The position numbers were made by a program, and so were the translations under genes. Of a DNA stretch of 52,042 nt, positions 51,087 through 52,042 are shown in pieces (within the stretch, counting starts at the first letter, position 1; each line of letters opens with the position of its first letter). The notes under the pieces were generated by a model. It was given only the letters and a program-made list of their open reading frames with translations, was not told where the DNA came from and searched no databases. Source of the stretch: Candidatus Taylorbacteria bacterium RIFCSPLOWO2_12_FULL_43_20 (GTDB lineage: Bacteria > Patescibacteriota > Minisyncoccia > Phycocordibacterales > HO2-43-120); the NCBI GenBank assembly GCA_001821295.1, contig MHSK01000011.1:1-52042 (forward strand), given 5' to 3'.

Positions 51087-51112
51087 GTCATTCCCGCTTT
51101 CGCGGGAATGAC
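51087..51112. repeat. Family C hairpin (GTCATTCCCGC-TTTC-GCGGGAATGAC)
   Basis: Lies between the convergent kinase and HAD genes. The trailing ATCAAACGC is shared with the copy at 42002-42024. Confidence 0.9.
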
Positions 51113-51131
51113 ATCAAACGCACAAAACTTA

Positions 51132-51764
51132 TTAAATCATCTTGGGTAGTTCAGAGATATCTGTGATTGTTGGAATATGCTCATGCTCTATGAACCGATC
51201 ATGAGCTGTTTTCGGCCCTTTTACATATATTATTTTAAAATCGGGGAATTTTTTTAGAATAGTTTCAATTTCATCGGCGTGGTCATCAATAAAATACGTA
51301 ACGCCTTTGAACGCAACATCTCTGAGCGCTTCCTCTTTTTTCTCATCGCAGACATAAATATGTTTGCCGAAAAATTTTTCTATGCCGGACTGGCGTATTT
51401 TGAATCTCTGGTAATAATCTATTCCTTTGGTCAGAATCATGAGTACATATCCTTTTTTCTTTAATATGGTAAGGGTCTCTTTCACCGGACCTTTGAGATA
51501 AGAAGACAAGTCATTTTTTAAAAACGCGCTGATATCCTCCTTTGAAATTTTGTATCTCAGTTTCTCCGACTCCTCGCATAGTTTCAAGAAATCGGGATTA
51601 TCCTTTGAATCCGCTCTTTGTTTCCTGATAATATCATCGTAGATCTTTTCCGGTATCGTCCTATCAGTAAAAAATTGATTCATTGAAGAGCTGAAAGCCG
51701 TTGTATTGAAAAGAGTGTGATCAAAGTCAAATATTAATGTTTTTGCCGTTATATTCTTTATCAT
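51132..51764 (-). CDS. HAD-superfamily hydrolase
   Basis: Motif I LIFDFDHTLFNT (DxDxT) and a late FIDDH acidic motif. Confidence 0.75.
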   Translation of the reverse strand: MIKNITAKTLIFDFDHTLFNTTAFSSSMNQFFTDRTIPEKIYDDIIRKQRADSKDNPDFLKLCEESEKLRYKISKEDISAFLKNDLSSYLKGPVKETLTILKKKGYVLMILTKGIDYYQRFKIRQSGIEKFFGKHIYVCDEKKEEALRDVAFKGVTYFIDDHADEIETILKKFPDFKIIYVKGPKTAHDRFIEHEHIPTITDISELPKMI

Positions 51765-51975
51765 GATATGTATGAGACAAAGCTAACGAAGCCCATGAAG
51801 CCACTGAAGCTTCTCCTTGTATTTTAGCACCGAATCATATTTTGTAACTGATAAAAAATAAGGTATATTGTTGGTGTGGTTGGGTCGCAAATGGTTGCCA
51901 GCGCGCGTAGCTGTTTTGGTAAATATCGCTGACCTATGCGCGCCAAAGTAAAATGGGGGTTAAGGTTAGTTTTAT

Positions 51976-52042
51976 GCGCGCGTAGCTCAGCCCCGACGAT
52001 CTAATCGGATTAGATGTCGGGGAGCCGACCTGTCGGACAGCG
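51976..52042 (+). other. tRNA-like 5' fragment interrupted by a 30-nt hairpin, truncated by the window end
   Basis: GCGCGCGTAGCTCAG is a typical tRNA acceptor/D-stem start. It is followed by the CCCGAC...GTCGGG hairpin and then GAGC. It cannot be completed within the window. Confidence 0.2.

Noticed and set aside
701-51112. Recurrent ATTCCCGC hairpins considered as a possible CRISPR array
   Set aside because: Copies are dispersed over 50 kb or occur as inverted pairs. They show no regular direct-repeat/spacer periodicity, and no cas genes are present.
1-52042. Alternative genetic code (UGA as sense), as in some CPR lineages
   Set aside because: Conserved genes are full-length under the standard code, and several genes (for example the pilin at 16391-16393 and the ATPase at 37473-37475) end at TGA exactly where expected.
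1-52042. rRNA genes, complete tRNA genes, transposase or integrase genes
   Set aside because: None were recognised on either strand. The only tRNA-like sequences are the tmRNA and the truncated fragment at the window end.

Overview
This 52-kb chromosomal window uses the standard genetic code (TGA, TAA and TAG all act as stops) and is roughly 40-45% G+C by eye. Gene content fits a small-genome CPR/Patescibacteria (Parcubacteria-like) bacterium; that assignment is inference. Conserved backbone: metG; the str operon rpsL-rpsG-(84-aa ORF)-fusA ... tuf; an S10-spc cluster rpsJ-rplC-rplD-rplW-rplB-rpsS-rplV-rpsC-rplP-rpmC-rpsQ-rplN-rplX-rplE-rpsN(Z-type)-rpsH-rplF-rplR-rpsE-rplO-secY-adk-map, with no rpmD and none of infA/rpmJ/rpsM/rpsK/rpsD/rpoA/rplQ after map; ndk; a beta-CASP nuclease; infC-rpmI-rplT; smpB-ssrA; ftsH. 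Accessory content: a 1827-aa multidomain surface protein with C-terminal peptidoglycan-binding domains. A 3.5-kb insertion between fusA and tuf carries a Cys-rich acidic protein, a type IV pilin and a Phd/RelE-like pair. After map lies a cluster of a 785-aa hyper-charged protein, an orphan soluble VirD4/TraD-like ATPase and small acidic ORFs. There is also an L,D-transpeptidase/DD-carboxypeptidase fusion, a GC-rich islet next to the tmRNA gene, and a TrmB-PfkB sugar module. The most unusual signal is non-coding: at least four families of highly structured palindromic repeats (128 nt, ~125 nt, 20-27-bp ATTCCCGC hairpins, and a ~230-275-nt mosaic). They sit at cistron boundaries inside otherwise conserved translation operons. 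Other candidates are a ~175-nt promoter-to-terminator structured RNA, an smpB/ssrA overlap, and a 17-bp perfect inverted repeat inside the pilin leader. All calls come from reading the sequence and ORF track by eye; no searches were run.
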